From positions 64,163 to 128,162 of the forward strand of contig JAUYID010000009.1 in assembly GCA_030704665.1 (NCBI GenBank): a stretch of 64,000 nucleotides of DNA. Reading direction: 5' to 3'. Shown here one piece after another: positions 8,014 to 16,380 of the stretch. Made by a program: the position numbers and the translations under genes. A model generated the notes under the pieces. The model saw only the letters and a program-made list of their open reading frames with translations. It was not told the origin of the DNA and made no database searches. The stretch's first letter is position 1. The number at the start of each line of letters is the position of its first letter. This DNA comes from a bacterium (GTDB taxonomy: Bacteria; Patescibacteriota; Microgenomatia; Woykebacterales; RBG-16-39-9b).

Positions 8014-9933
8014 ATGGGAAAAGCACTCAACGTCGAATTTAAACTCAGTAAGGGTAAAAAAAGCGAGAACACTTTTTTTACATCAAGTGTCAATGAAGAC
8101 TTGGAGGGCGTTGGCGCGGGACAAAAAGGAACTTTGGCGATTTTGCTCTCGATCAGCGGCGAAGGAGATTTCGAGGAAAGGGCTAGAAGTTTGGTCAAAA
8201 AATTTGAAGATGAATACCTCAAACCGAGAGAGGGGACCGTTCTCACCTGCCTTGAAGCAGCCTTAAGAAGTATGCAGGAAGAGACGAAAGATGAAAATTT
8301 CCTCTTGGAAATCACTACAGCAGTAGTTTGGGGCCTGGTGCTTTATGTCGGTAAACTTGGGGAAACCCAGATCTTTCTTTCTCGGGACAAAGTGAGCAAA
8401 CCAATAAAATTTAAATTTGTGGCAAGCGGAATGCTTAATGACGCTGATACGCTTGCCTTGGTCAACAGCGCTTTTGCAAAAGCAGTTTCCGAAGAAGAGC
8501 TTTCTTTGATTTTAGGTCGGGACAGTCTTGAGGAAGTAAAGCTGAAACTGGATCAAACTCAAGAATCTTCTCCTGGCAGCGCCTGTCTTCTTCTGCGTAT
8601 GAAGCTTGAAGAAGTTGGGGTTGAGGAAGTACCAATTACTTTTCTGGATTCAGATAAAAAAACTTTCAGCACTAGCCTCGCCGTCAAAGAAAAACTTGAC
8701 TTAGTTGTCAGGTTTTCCACAGTAGTTTTTGGAAAAGTTAAGGCCACTGCTTCCCCAATCTGGGAGAGAATTAAACCTTTTTTTGCTCAAGTGGCAAGGA
8801 AATTGTATGAGCCTTGGCGAAGAAAGCAACCCGGCGAAATTTTTAATGAGAAGGCACGTCAGAAATTGCGGCTTCTTGAAGTTGGGACTGTCTTGGCGTT
8901 GATTTTAATTTTCAGTTTAGGTCTGTCCTTTTTAAGATCGAGAAATCAGGAAAAAACTGAACAGTTTCAGGCCTTGGTTAACCAGGTAAAGGAAAAAATC
9001 ACCCAGGCCAAGGAAAGTCTGGTTGTTGATCCCAGTTTGGGGCAAATTCAAATTTCACAAGGAAGAGACTTGCTCTCCCAAGCTGAAAAACTTTCTTCAA
9101 CTGCGGAAACCGAGAGCCTGGAGAAGCAGCTAAATAGCCTTGAAAAGGAGAGCCAGCGGGTCTATTCGCCAAGCGCCCTTAAAGAGGTGACAGACCTTTC
9201 TAGTCTTGGCTTTACTAGCAGTCAAATTGTGCTCGCGGACGACTTTTTGATTGCTCTAGACACTGGAAAGAGTTTGCTAGCTAAGTTTAAGCTAAGTACC
9301 TCAAAAAGATTTTCTGTTGCTACTGCTGGCAGAAAGTTTAAAAACTTAGCTTCTCTCGATGGGGATCTTTATCTTTTGACCGCGGGGCAGGTTTTTGACT
9401 ACAACCCAAGTGACAATTCTAGCAATCAAGTGTTGAGGGGGGAAAGTTTTGGCTCAGAAATAGTTGATGGTGCAATCTATTCTTCAAACCTCTACCTTCT
9501 TGACAAAGAAAAGAAGCAGGTCTGGAAATATTTGAAATTTGGCGCCGGGCTGACTTCAGCTCGGAGTTACTTCACCTCCACCCCACCGGACTTGACCAAG
9601 GCAACAGGTTTGGCGATTGATGGCAGTGTTTGGATCGGGACCTCAGAGGGATCGGTCTACAAGTTTTTGACTGGAAAAAGGCAGGACTTTGAACTTTTTG
9701 GTGCCCCGGAAGACCTTTCAATCAGCAAAATTGTTACTAACGAGAAAACCAAGAATTTGTATCTCCTTGATGCTAGCAAGGGAAGAGTAGTAATATTCGA
9801 CAAAGCTGGGGATTATTTAGCTAGTTATGAGTCTGAGAAAATTAAAGATGCAGCCAGTCTGGTTGTTTCGGAAAAACAAAAAACTATCTACTTTAGCCGG
9901 CAAGCAAAAATTTTCAGCTTCAGAATCAAATGA
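8014..9933 (+). CDS. large hypothetical protein with a central TM helix and C-terminal repeat (beta-propeller-like) region
   Basis: 639-aa ORF. Repeated LYLLD/IYF-containing ~45-aa units in the C-terminal third suggest propeller blades. No recognised catalytic motif. Confidence 0.5.
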   Translation: MGKALNVEFKLSKGKKSENTFFTSSVNEDLEGVGAGQKGTLAILLSISGEGDFEERARSLVKKFEDEYLKPREGTVLTCLEAALRSMQEETKDENFLLEITTAVVWGLVLYVGKLGETQIFLSRDKVSKPIKFKFVASGMLNDADTLALVNSAFAKAVSEEELSLILGRDSLEEVKLKLDQTQESSPGSACLLLRMKLEEVGVEEVPITFLDSDKKTFSTSLAVKEKLDLVVRFSTVVFGKVKATASPIWERIKPFFAQVARKLYEPWRRKQPGEIFNEKARQKLRLLEVGTVLALILIFSLGLSFLRSRNQEKTEQFQALVNQVKEKITQAKESLVVDPSLGQIQISQGRDLLSQAEKLSSTAETESLEKQLNSLEKESQRVYSPSALKEVTDLSSLGFTSSQIVLADDFLIALDTGKSLLAKFKLSTSKRFSVATAGRKFKNLASLDGDLYLLTAGQVFDYNPSDNSSNQVLRGESFGSEIVDGAIYSSNLYLLDKEKKQVWKYLKFGAGLTSARSYFTSTPPDLTKATGLAIDGSVWIGTSEGSVYKFLTGKRQDFELFGAPEDLSISKIVTNEKTKNLYLLDASKGRVVIFDKAGDYLASYESEKIKDAASLVVSEKQKTIYFSRQAKIFSFRIK

Positions 9934-10397
9934 AAACTATTTTTAATAAAAAAGCGAGTTTCGAGTATTTCCTCAAAGAAAAACTCGAAACTGGAATAGT
10001 TCTGACCGGAGCTGAAATTAAATCAGTGCGGGAAGGAGCCGGGTCTTTGGCTGATAGCTTTGTTCGTATTGTCAAAGATGAAGTTACTCTTTTCAATGCC
10101 TTTATTTCTCCCTACAAATACGCTTTCGATCCATCTTACGATCCCAAGAGAGAGCGTAAATTGCTTTTAAAAAGAAAGGAAATTGATTTTTTAATCGGAA
10201 AGCTAACTTCGTCAAACTTGACAATTGTGCCTACAAAGTTGTATATTACACACAATCTTGTCAAACTTGAAATAGCTTTGGCTCTGCCAAAAAAGAAGTT
10301 TGACAAAAGAGATAGCCTCAAGCGTAAGGCCGTGGATCGGCAAACTGAGAGTTTGCTTCGAGCCGAAAAGCGAAAGGCCAATTCGGACAGCAAGTAG
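9930..10397 (+). CDS. smpB: SsrA-binding protein SmpB
   Basis: Typical SmpB length and sequence (GIVLTGAEIKSVREG...KLLLKRKE) with a basic C-terminal tail. tmRNA lies immediately downstream. Confidence 0.9.
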   Translation: MKTIFNKKASFEYFLKEKLETGIVLTGAEIKSVREGAGSLADSFVRIVKDEVTLFNAFISPYKYAFDPSYDPKRERKLLLKRKEIDFLIGKLTSSNLTIVPTKLYITHNLVKLEIALALPKKKFDKRDSLKRKAVDRQTESLLRAEKRKANSDSK

Positions 10398-10423
10398 TTA
10401 ATTCATCTTCTTAAGTACTCTTT

Positions 10424-10800
10424 GGGGATGTTCATTTTCGACGGTAAAGCACATTAACAAGGTTGCAAGCCGGCCAAGCCTATCTAAGCCGCAAAACTGG
10501 AAAGGCAAATTCATAAATGCCAACAAGGCGTTTACACCTTCTTACGCTTACGCGTAATGCTTAAGGTTGTCCTTTAAACTCTCTCTTGGTGGGGTTTATC
10601 TGGGCATCATTCAGCCAAGATGATCTTTTCCGGGTCGGTGACCTTGAAATTATCCATCCGCCGACTGGCGGACCAACAACCTCACTCTATTCTGATCTTG
10701 TCAGTTGGTAGGAATAGAGGAAGTCAAGGACTGACTAAGCTTGTAGAAGCCTGTTGATCTCTTTGCACGGACCTGGGTGCGAAGCCCAGCATCTCCACCA
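10424..10800 (+). ncRNA. ssrA: tmRNA (ssrA); tag frame at ~10518-10556 encoding ANKAFTPSYAYA*
   Basis: 5' end GGGGATGTTCATTTTCGACGG matches the conserved tmRNA 5' acceptor/D-analog (GGGGnuG...UUCGACGG). 3' end carries T-arm CTGGG-TGCGAAG-CCCAG, acceptor CATCTCC and ACCA, pairing with the 5' GGGGATG and including a G3:U wobble. Ala-terminated tag ORF ends in TAA. Located directly after smpB. Confidence 0.75.
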
Positions 10801-10883
10801 TGTCACGAACCCACCGCAAGGTGGGTTCTGGCGTTTTCTGAAAAAAAACTTGCATTCCGGGAAAAAGGAGATTAATTTTATTT

Positions 10884-11567
10884 GTGTTGAAGAGCCTAAT
10901 TAACCTAATCTTTCCAAAAGCGTGTTTGAGTTGCGGCCAGCTAGGTCAATATTTGTGTGGGGGCTGCGAAAAGAAAGTCGAAATTTACAAAACCGCCTTC
11001 TGTCCAGTCTGTGGCAAAGCTTCAATCGGGGGTTTTACTCATCCGAAGTGCCACAGCAATTACTGTTTGTCCGGAGTGATCTGCCTTTTTGAGTACAAGG
11101 GCCCTCTACAAAAGATTCTTCATCAAATTAAATATCGATTTAGTAGTCGGGTGGTTGAGGTTTTCGATAGTCCGGTCGGGAAAATAAACTTACCAGCAAA
11201 TTTAAAGGCATTTGAGCTTTTCCCCTTGCCACTAAATCGGAAAAGAGAAAACTGGCGGGGCTTTAACCAAGCTGAATTGTTGGGTAACCTGGTCGCTAAA
11301 AGGTTTGGTCTGGTTGTTTCGAGGCTTTTACTGGAAAGAAAACTTTTTGAAAAAAGCCAAGTGAAACTGACTCTTGAGCAAAGAAAAAAGAATTTGCAAG
11401 GAGCTTTTCTAGTTGTCGACCCAAAGAAAGTCGCGGGAAAAAAGATACTTTTGTTTGATGATGTTTGGACAACTGGAGCGACTTTGACGGAAGCGGGAAG
11501 AACTCTGAAAAAAGCAGGAGCAGAGCAGGTTTGGGCTTTGTGCTTGGCAAGCTCACACCGAGTTTGA
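10884..11567 (+). CDS. ComF-family phosphoribosyltransferase-domain protein
   Basis: N-terminal Cys-rich zinc-finger (CLSCG...CGGC...CPVCG...HPKC). C-terminal PRTase motif LLFDDVWTTGATL. GTG start with AAGGAG RBS 13 nt upstream. Confidence 0.8.
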   Translation: MLKSLINLIFPKACLSCGQLGQYLCGGCEKKVEIYKTAFCPVCGKASIGGFTHPKCHSNYCLSGVICLFEYKGPLQKILHQIKYRFSSRVVEVFDSPVGKINLPANLKAFELFPLPLNRKRENWRGFNQAELLGNLVAKRFGLVVSRLLLERKLFEKSQVKLTLEQRKKNLQGAFLVVDPKKVAGKKILLFDDVWTTGATLTEAGRTLKKAGAEQVWALCLASSHRV

Positions 11568-11604
11568 ATCTGGCAGGCCATTCTGCTAAAATGCCTCAGC
11601 AACT

Positions 11605-11693
11605 GGAGGGTTGCCCGAGTGGTTTAAGGGGACGGTTTGCTAAACCGTTGGTGCGAAAGCGCCACACAGGTTCGAATCCTGTACCCTCCGCCA
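11605..11693 (+). tRNA. tRNA-Ser(GCT)
   Basis: Cloverleaf traced by hand. Acceptor GGAGGGT/ACCCTCC, anticodon loop TT-GCT-AA, long variable arm, T-loop GGTTCGAATCC, CCA encoded. Confidence 0.85.
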
Positions 11694-11731
11694 TGTACCA
11701 TGCGCTCCGCTTAGGTACATGGCGACGCCAA
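11690..11731 (+). repeat. conserved tRNA-Ser 3'-trailer hairpin (copy 1)
   Basis: GCCATGTACC-15 nt-GGTACATGGC perfect 10-bp stem overlapping the discriminator/CCA, then GACGCCAA. A near-identical copy lies at 12925-12965. Confidence 0.5.
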
Positions 11732-11928
11732 TACGGAACAAATAACTGAACACAAACAGGCAAAAGTCCTTGCTACCAAAAATAGACTCACGATCGAGTT
11801 GATTTTTTATGAAGCGTATCGTAATCATTATGATGCGCTTCGACGAGAAGATTATTTCAAGTCTACTAAAGGTAAAAGAGCTTTGAGACTACTTTTAGTT
11901 GAGTACTTAAGATCAAAAGTTGTATAGT

Positions 11929-12018
11929 GGAGAGGTGGCCGAGTGGATTATGGCGACGGTCTTGAAAACCGTTGTCGGTGCAAGCCGACCGGGGGTTCGA
12001 ATCCCTCCCTCTCCGCCA
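11929..12018 (+). tRNA. tRNA-Ser(TGA)
   Basis: Acceptor GGAGAGG/CCTCTCC, anticodon loop CT-TGA-AA, long variable arm, GGTTCGAATCC T-loop, CCA encoded. Confidence 0.85.
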
Positions 12019-12103
12019 AGTACGAAATCAAAGATTTCTACTTGGCTAGAGACGTAGTTTTGCTAGAAAAACAAAACGTACGTCTCGCCAATTATTTTTA
12101 TAT

Positions 12104-12694
12104 ATGGCTGCCAGCTCTAAAGAAGCAAAAATCAAAGAACTGAAGAAAAATCTCTCCGAGCTTCAGGAAAAACTTGAAGAGCTCGAGGAACGGCCAAGAA
12201 AAGTTCAGATCAAAGAACTCCACTCCTGGGTTTCACCTAGTCGGATCTACAAAAAAAAGTCGGCTCGTTGGTTTCTCAATCTCGTCTTATTAATTTCAAT
12301 AATTCTTGTCATCCTACTCTTTTTGAAGGAGTTTATCCTCATGGCAGTAGTACTTTCGTTCGCCTTTTTGACTTACGTCATCAGCGCAGTTGCTCCGGAA
12401 AATGTGGAACACAAAATTACCACTCAAGGAATTACGAGTGGGGATCAAAGTTTTCTTTGGGAAGAGCTTTATGACTTCTGGTTTACTAGTAAAGGGGGTT
12501 TCCGAATTTTGGTTTTAGATACGCTCTTGCGCTACCCCCGCCAAGTTTTTATTCTGATTCCACAAGAGGAAGAAGAGAAAATAAAAAGCAAAATAGTTGG
12601 TTATTTACCCTTTCGCGAAGTACCAGGGGCGACTTGGATGGATCGCTGGGGAGATAAACTTTCGCACCAGTTTCACCATCTTGTCGGCTCTTAA
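12104..12694 (+). CDS. hypothetical membrane protein with N-terminal coiled-coil segment
   Basis: 196-aa ORF with a KELKKNLSELQEKLEELEE coiled-coil then two TM helices. No recognised family. Confidence 0.45.
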   Translation: MAASSKEAKIKELKKNLSELQEKLEELEERPRKVQIKELHSWVSPSRIYKKKSARWFLNLVLLISIILVILLFLKEFILMAVVLSFAFLTYVISAVAPENVEHKITTQGITSGDQSFLWEELYDFWFTSKGGFRILVLDTLLRYPRQVFILIPQEEEEKIKSKIVGYLPFREVPGATWMDRWGDKLSHQFHHLVGS

Positions 12695-12746
12695 ACTTAA
12701 TTTCCTTCCCTTCATAAGCTATAATCAGAAGCAACTAAATTTACTA

Positions 12747-12823
12747 GTCCCCATAGCTCAGTTGGATAGAGCGTCAGTTTGCGGAACTGAAGGTCGGGTG
12801 TTCGAGTCACCCTGGGGACGCCA
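12747..12823 (+). tRNA. tRNA-Arg(GCG), an unusual anticodon
   Basis: Acceptor GTCCCCA/TGGGGAC, D-arm GCTC..GAGC, anticodon stem TCAGT/ACTGA with loop TT-GCG-GA, T-loop GGTGTTCGAGTCACC, CCA encoded. Confidence 0.7.
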
Positions 12824-12837
12824 TTTAAAATAACCTT

Positions 12838-12928
12838 GGAGGGGTGGCTGAGTGGTTGAAAGCGTCGGTTTCGAAAACCGATGTCCCGGTTTCCGGGACC
12901 GGAGGTTCGAATCCTCCTCCCTCCGCCA
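12838..12928 (+). tRNA. tRNA-Ser(CGA)
   Basis: Acceptor GGAGGGG/TCCCTCC, anticodon loop TT-CGA-AA, long variable arm, T-loop GGAGGTTCGAATCCTCC, CCA encoded. Confidence 0.85.
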
Positions 12929-12965
12929 TGTACCATGCGCCCGCTTAGGTACATAGCGACGCCAA
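12925..12965 (+). repeat. conserved tRNA-Ser 3'-trailer hairpin (copy 2)
   Basis: GCCATGTACC-14 nt-GGTACATAGC then GACGCCAA. Same element as at 11690-11731, placed directly between tRNA-Ser(CGA) and tRNA-Arg(CCG). Confidence 0.5.
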
Positions 12966-13041
12966 GTCCCCGTAGTTCAATGGATAGAACGTCAGTTTCC
13001 GGAACTGAAGGTTGAAGGTTCGAGTCCTTTCGGGGACGCCA
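12966..13041 (+). tRNA. tRNA-Arg(CCG)
   Basis: Acceptor GTCCCCG/CGGGGAC, anticodon loop TT-CCG-GA, T-loop GGTTCGAGTCC, CCA encoded. Closely resembles the tRNA at 12747. Confidence 0.8.
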
Positions 13042-13106
13042 GTTTCTAAAAACGAGAGAAGGCCTCGAGCATGAAGCGCGAAGCCTTCGAGTCGATCATT
13101 CCCCCC

Positions 13107-13889
13107 TTACTTTATTCGGACCGCTTGGACCACCCGTCGTTGGTCGTAGGTCTTGATCTCATCTTGGTAAGTTCCAGCACAGGTTATCAGAGTCATAGCT
13201 TCAAACCATGACGACCGACCGACTACAGAGGCTACATTCAAGGAGTCCAGGGGGTAGGTTTCGTTGGTGAGAACCAGGTAAGTTTCTTGGACACCATCGC
13301 GCCAGAGAGTGATCTCATCCCACTTTACCAGCTCGGCCAGTCTCTCGAAGATCGCAGTTGAACCACCATACTCAAGGTGACCGGCTAAAACCACTTGGGT
13401 TTGCGCAAAGCCTGAGCTGTAAATCACGATCTCATCAGCTTCTTGAGGGGAGGGCATGATCAGGGCGGGTGGAGTTTCGGTGGCTTCGGCAGTCTCGACG
13501 ATCAGATCTCGAGGAGTGGTTTGACTTGAAACCCCAAGCTTGGAAATTTCCAAGTAAATCCCAGAAGGTGGGGTCGGAGTTGGGCTTGGTGTCGAGGTTG
13601 GGGTCTGTGTTTCTGTTGAAGTCGGGATCGCAGTTGGTGTCAAGGTCGGGGTTGGGATCGGAGTCATGGTTGAGCTTGGTACCGCTGTCAGGCTCGGTGT
13701 GGCGGTAGTGCTAGCGGTTGGCAGGGTTTCAATTGGAACATCTTGAGAAGAACTCAATCGAGTCACTTCCCAGGGTGAAAGAAAGTTGAGGATAATAACC
13801 AGGACTGCTGCTGCCAGTATGAGGGGAGTTAAAGTGCGGTACTCGGACAAAGTAAGCCTCCTTGCGGGTTGCCTTTTTCCGGATCTCAA
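13107..13889 (-). CDS. sortase (class E/F-like transpeptidase) with N-terminal TM anchor and Thr/Pro-rich linker
   Basis: C-terminal catalytic motifs VLAGH and MTLITCAG (the TLxTC active-site Cys). N-terminal TM helix then a T/P-rich linker. GC content is visibly higher than the genome background. Confidence 0.7.
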   Translation of the reverse strand: MRSGKRQPARRLTLSEYRTLTPLILAAAVLVIILNFLSPWEVTRLSSSQDVPIETLPTASTTATPSLTAVPSSTMTPIPTPTLTPTAIPTSTETQTPTSTPSPTPTPPSGIYLEISKLGVSSQTTPRDLIVETAEATETPPALIMPSPQEADEIVIYSSGFAQTQVVLAGHLEYGGSTAIFERLAELVKWDEITLWRDGVQETYLVLTNETYPLDSLNVASVVGRSSWFEAMTLITCAGTYQDEIKTYDQRRVVQAVRIK

Positions 13890-14004
13890 GTTCCTGGGAG
13901 CGTAGCAAAGTTTAGCAATTCAAAACAGAGGTTTGTTTGGAGTTACAAAGTGATATAATCACCTCTCGATTCTTGTGTTCAGCCGAAATATAATTTTCCT
14001 CTCT

Positions 14005-14427
14005 ATGTTTAAATTTGAAGAAAGCGCGGGTGGGATAGTCTACAAAAAAGAAAATTCGCAAATCTATATTTTAGTGACTCAACACTCAGCCCATCACGGT
14101 TGGGTTTTTCCCAAGGGTTTGCTTGACAAAGGTGAAGACAAAGCAACCACCGCCTTGCGAGAGGTAAGGGAAGAGGGTGGGGTCGTTGCCAAGATAGTTG
14201 AAGAACTAGCCCCGGTTGAGTACTTCTATAAATTTCAGGGTGAAACGATCAAGAAAAAGGTTACTTATTTCCTGATGGAATACGTGAGTGGTAAGATCGA
14301 AGATCACGACTGGGAAATGGAGGCGGCGGAATGGTTGCCCTTAGAAAAAGTTGACGAGCGTTTGACCTACAAGACGGATAAACAAGTTTTCCAAAAAGCT
14401 CAAGAATTTCTCACAGAAAAAGGTTAA
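14005..14427 (+). CDS. NUDIX hydrolase
   Basis: Nudix box GEDKATTALREVREEGGV (GX5EX7REVXEEXGV). Start placed at the internal Met (MFKFEE). Confidence 0.75.
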   Translation: MFKFEESAGGIVYKKENSQIYILVTQHSAHHGWVFPKGLLDKGEDKATTALREVREEGGVVAKIVEELAPVEYFYKFQGETIKKKVTYFLMEYVSGKIEDHDWEMEAAEWLPLEKVDERLTYKTDKQVFQKAQEFLTEKG

Positions 14428-14439
14428 AACAAAGGGGTA

Positions 14440-14499
14440 TTCGAGGCTCGCACTACACGGGAAGGACTTTCTCGTGTTTTCTGCAGTGCGAGCCTCGAG
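14440..14499. terminator. long GC-rich hairpin (14-bp stem, ~30-nt loop with an inner hairpin) between convergent genes
   Basis: TCGAGGCTCGCACT...AGTGCGAGCCTCGA perfect inverted repeat. Inner ACACG/CGTGT hairpin. On the minus strand it is followed by a T-rich run, consistent with a terminator for 14537..15172. Confidence 0.5.
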
Positions 14500-14536
14500 G
14501 TTCAAGACCTACGTGTCCTTGGTTGCGAAGGCTGCG

Positions 14537-15172
14537 TTACTTCGCCACGCGGCGAGCGACGACACCACCAGCAATCAGAACTAGGCTACTGAGTACCAGG
14601 GCGATAAGCGTCCACAGCGGGAAGCCGGCACCGTCCTGACCCAGGTAGCCACCATTACCGGCGAAAGCAGTGCTCGAGTTGGAGAACGCCGCCGCCAGTA
14701 CGATGCCGACTGCTATGGTTGCGAGTCCGATGGTTTTCAGCGAGTGTCGAAAGACCGCACCTCCGATCGTTTCGACGTCTGTTTTCGCGCCGACGCAGCG
14801 CTGGTAGATTGAGGCTATCACGATGACCGCGATCAGAAATAGACCGATCTGGACCGGAGTCGGCAGGTTAGCAACGTTGTTGCCTATTCCTAACCAGCTG
14901 CCCGTCTCAGTAGCGGTGATCGTTGCTACCTCGCCAAAGTTCACCAATGCCGGTGCGACGATCGTTCTCTCTACGTCCGCCGACATTTCCGCCACGATCG
15001 AAGTCGCGGGAGAGACCAGTACCAGGTCCGGTCCGCGAATCGTGGCCTCGTCGCTCGAGAAGCGGCTCGCCAGGCCCCACGCGCCGACCGCGAGGATGAG
15101 GGCGAGAGCTCCGAGAGCGATGAAGCGCAACATCCCGTGACTGGGCAAAGCCCGTCCCGTTGTGTTGAGCAT
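14537..15172 (-). CDS. high-GC hypothetical membrane protein (compositionally foreign)
   Basis: About 60% GC with GC3-rich codons inside a ~40% GC genome. Several TM helices. Start placed at MLNTTGRAL; the longest ORF runs to 15352. Multiple overlapping alternate-frame ORFs, as is typical of high-GC DNA. Confidence 0.5.
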   Translation of the reverse strand: MLNTTGRALPSHGMLRFIALGALALILAVGAWGLASRFSSDEATIRGPDLVLVSPATSIVAEMSADVERTIVAPALVNFGEVATITATETGSWLGIGNNVANLPTPVQIGLFLIAVIVIASIYQRCVGAKTDVETIGGAVFRHSLKTIGLATIAVGIVLAAAFSNSSTAFAGNGGYLGQDGAGFPLWTLIALVLSSLVLIAGGVVARRVAK

Positions 15173-15494
15173 ACACACCCCTCTCTTCTTGCAACTCCCA
15201 ATCCTTGGGATCCCAAATGAAGAAAGACCCCCTGGGTCTCGTCTTGTTTTTTCGGTGCTTTTGGTCGAGTACCTTAGTCGCCCTCGGCCGAGTTGACGAC
15301 GCGATGAGTAGGAAGTTAGCCGCTCAAGGGCCAGTCGACCGCAAGCTTTCACCTCCTTTGTTCCTCCTCAACAATAGTCCCAACGATAATCCTTTTATAC
15401 CCTCGTTTGCTTGTTTTGTCAATTAAGTTTGAGGTTGTTATATAGATCGCTGCGCGCTCTGAATTACTGCGTGATATAATGCCCCCGACTTCTT

Positions 15495-15584
<90 letters not shown>

Positions 15585-15634
15585 ATTCCAATAAGAGGGA
15601 TCGCCAAAAGCGCCATCCCTCCCCTTCCGCCAGT

Positions 15635-16264
15635 TTATTTTATTGGAGTTAAGAAGCCTTCGTAATTTTGTAGGATAAACTTTACATCTTCTGTAAATTT
15701 GTTTGGGTTGTTTGCTAGTTCTTCTTTTAATTCTTCTAAGCTAAAAACTTCGATACCTGAACTTTCACCGTCGGAGAATTTGATCGAACCGTCATAGTAA
15801 CCAATATAGAATTTGGTCATAAAAGGTTGAACGAAAGTTTGGTTGTTTTCAATTCGTGTGGATTGATAGTTACTTTTGTAATCAACTTCGCGAAACAAAC
15901 CAACCACCTTTAAGTCAGTTACTCTTACCGCATGATCAAATTCGGGGGGGGTTAAAACAGCAGCCGGAAAGCCGAGTTCCTCAGCACATTCTTTAATGAC
16001 AGCTATTTCCCAAGTTTGCCTGGCAGCAACATGACCGCCCACTGTTTTGTCATAGAGTCCGGGGTTTTGTGCTTTGATTTTGCTGCGTTTTTGTAAATAA
16101 ATTCTTCCGTCGGAGTTCATCAACACCAGGCGGATCGACTTTACTTGCTTGGAGATAGAGCCTTTGTTTTTATACTCTTCTTTAATTTCTTGATAAAAAG
16201 CTTCTCGATCCATTGATTCAAGAAGATTACCTTGACGGTCAAAAATTTCTAAAGTTTCGTTCAT
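15635..16264 (-). CDS. NUDIX hydrolase
   Basis: Nudix box GGHVAARQTWEIAVIKECAEELGF. Confidence 0.75.
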   Translation of the reverse strand: MNETLEIFDRQGNLLESMDREAFYQEIKEEYKNKGSISKQVKSIRLVLMNSDGRIYLQKRSKIKAQNPGLYDKTVGGHVAARQTWEIAVIKECAEELGFPAAVLTPPEFDHAVRVTDLKVVGLFREVDYKSNYQSTRIENNQTFVQPFMTKFYIGYYDGSIKFSDGESSGIEVFSLEELKEELANNPNKFTEDVKFILQNYEGFLTPIK

Positions 16265-16380
16265 AAAAAGATTTTATCATGTAGAGAGCTTGCGCTGTTA
16301 TTAGCAATCCTCTAGTATTAGCCTGAAAATGGAAAACCAAGTAGAAGAAGTAAACTCTTGCAGGGACTATTTCCAATTTT

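Noticed and set aside
11640-11828. 62-aa minus-strand ORF
   Set aside because: It overlaps tRNA-Ser(GCT) and its trailer hairpin, and has no RBS.
11943-12143. 66-aa plus-strand ORF
   Set aside because: It overlaps the hand-folded tRNA-Ser(TGA) at 11929-12018 and is translated from tRNA sequence.
14823-15216. Several overlapping ORFs on both strands (14823-15140 +, 14907-15194 -, 14971-15216 -)
   Set aside because: They are typical open alternate frames of high-GC DNA nested within the 14537-15172 gene. Their products are Arg/Pro/Gly-rich and low-complexity.
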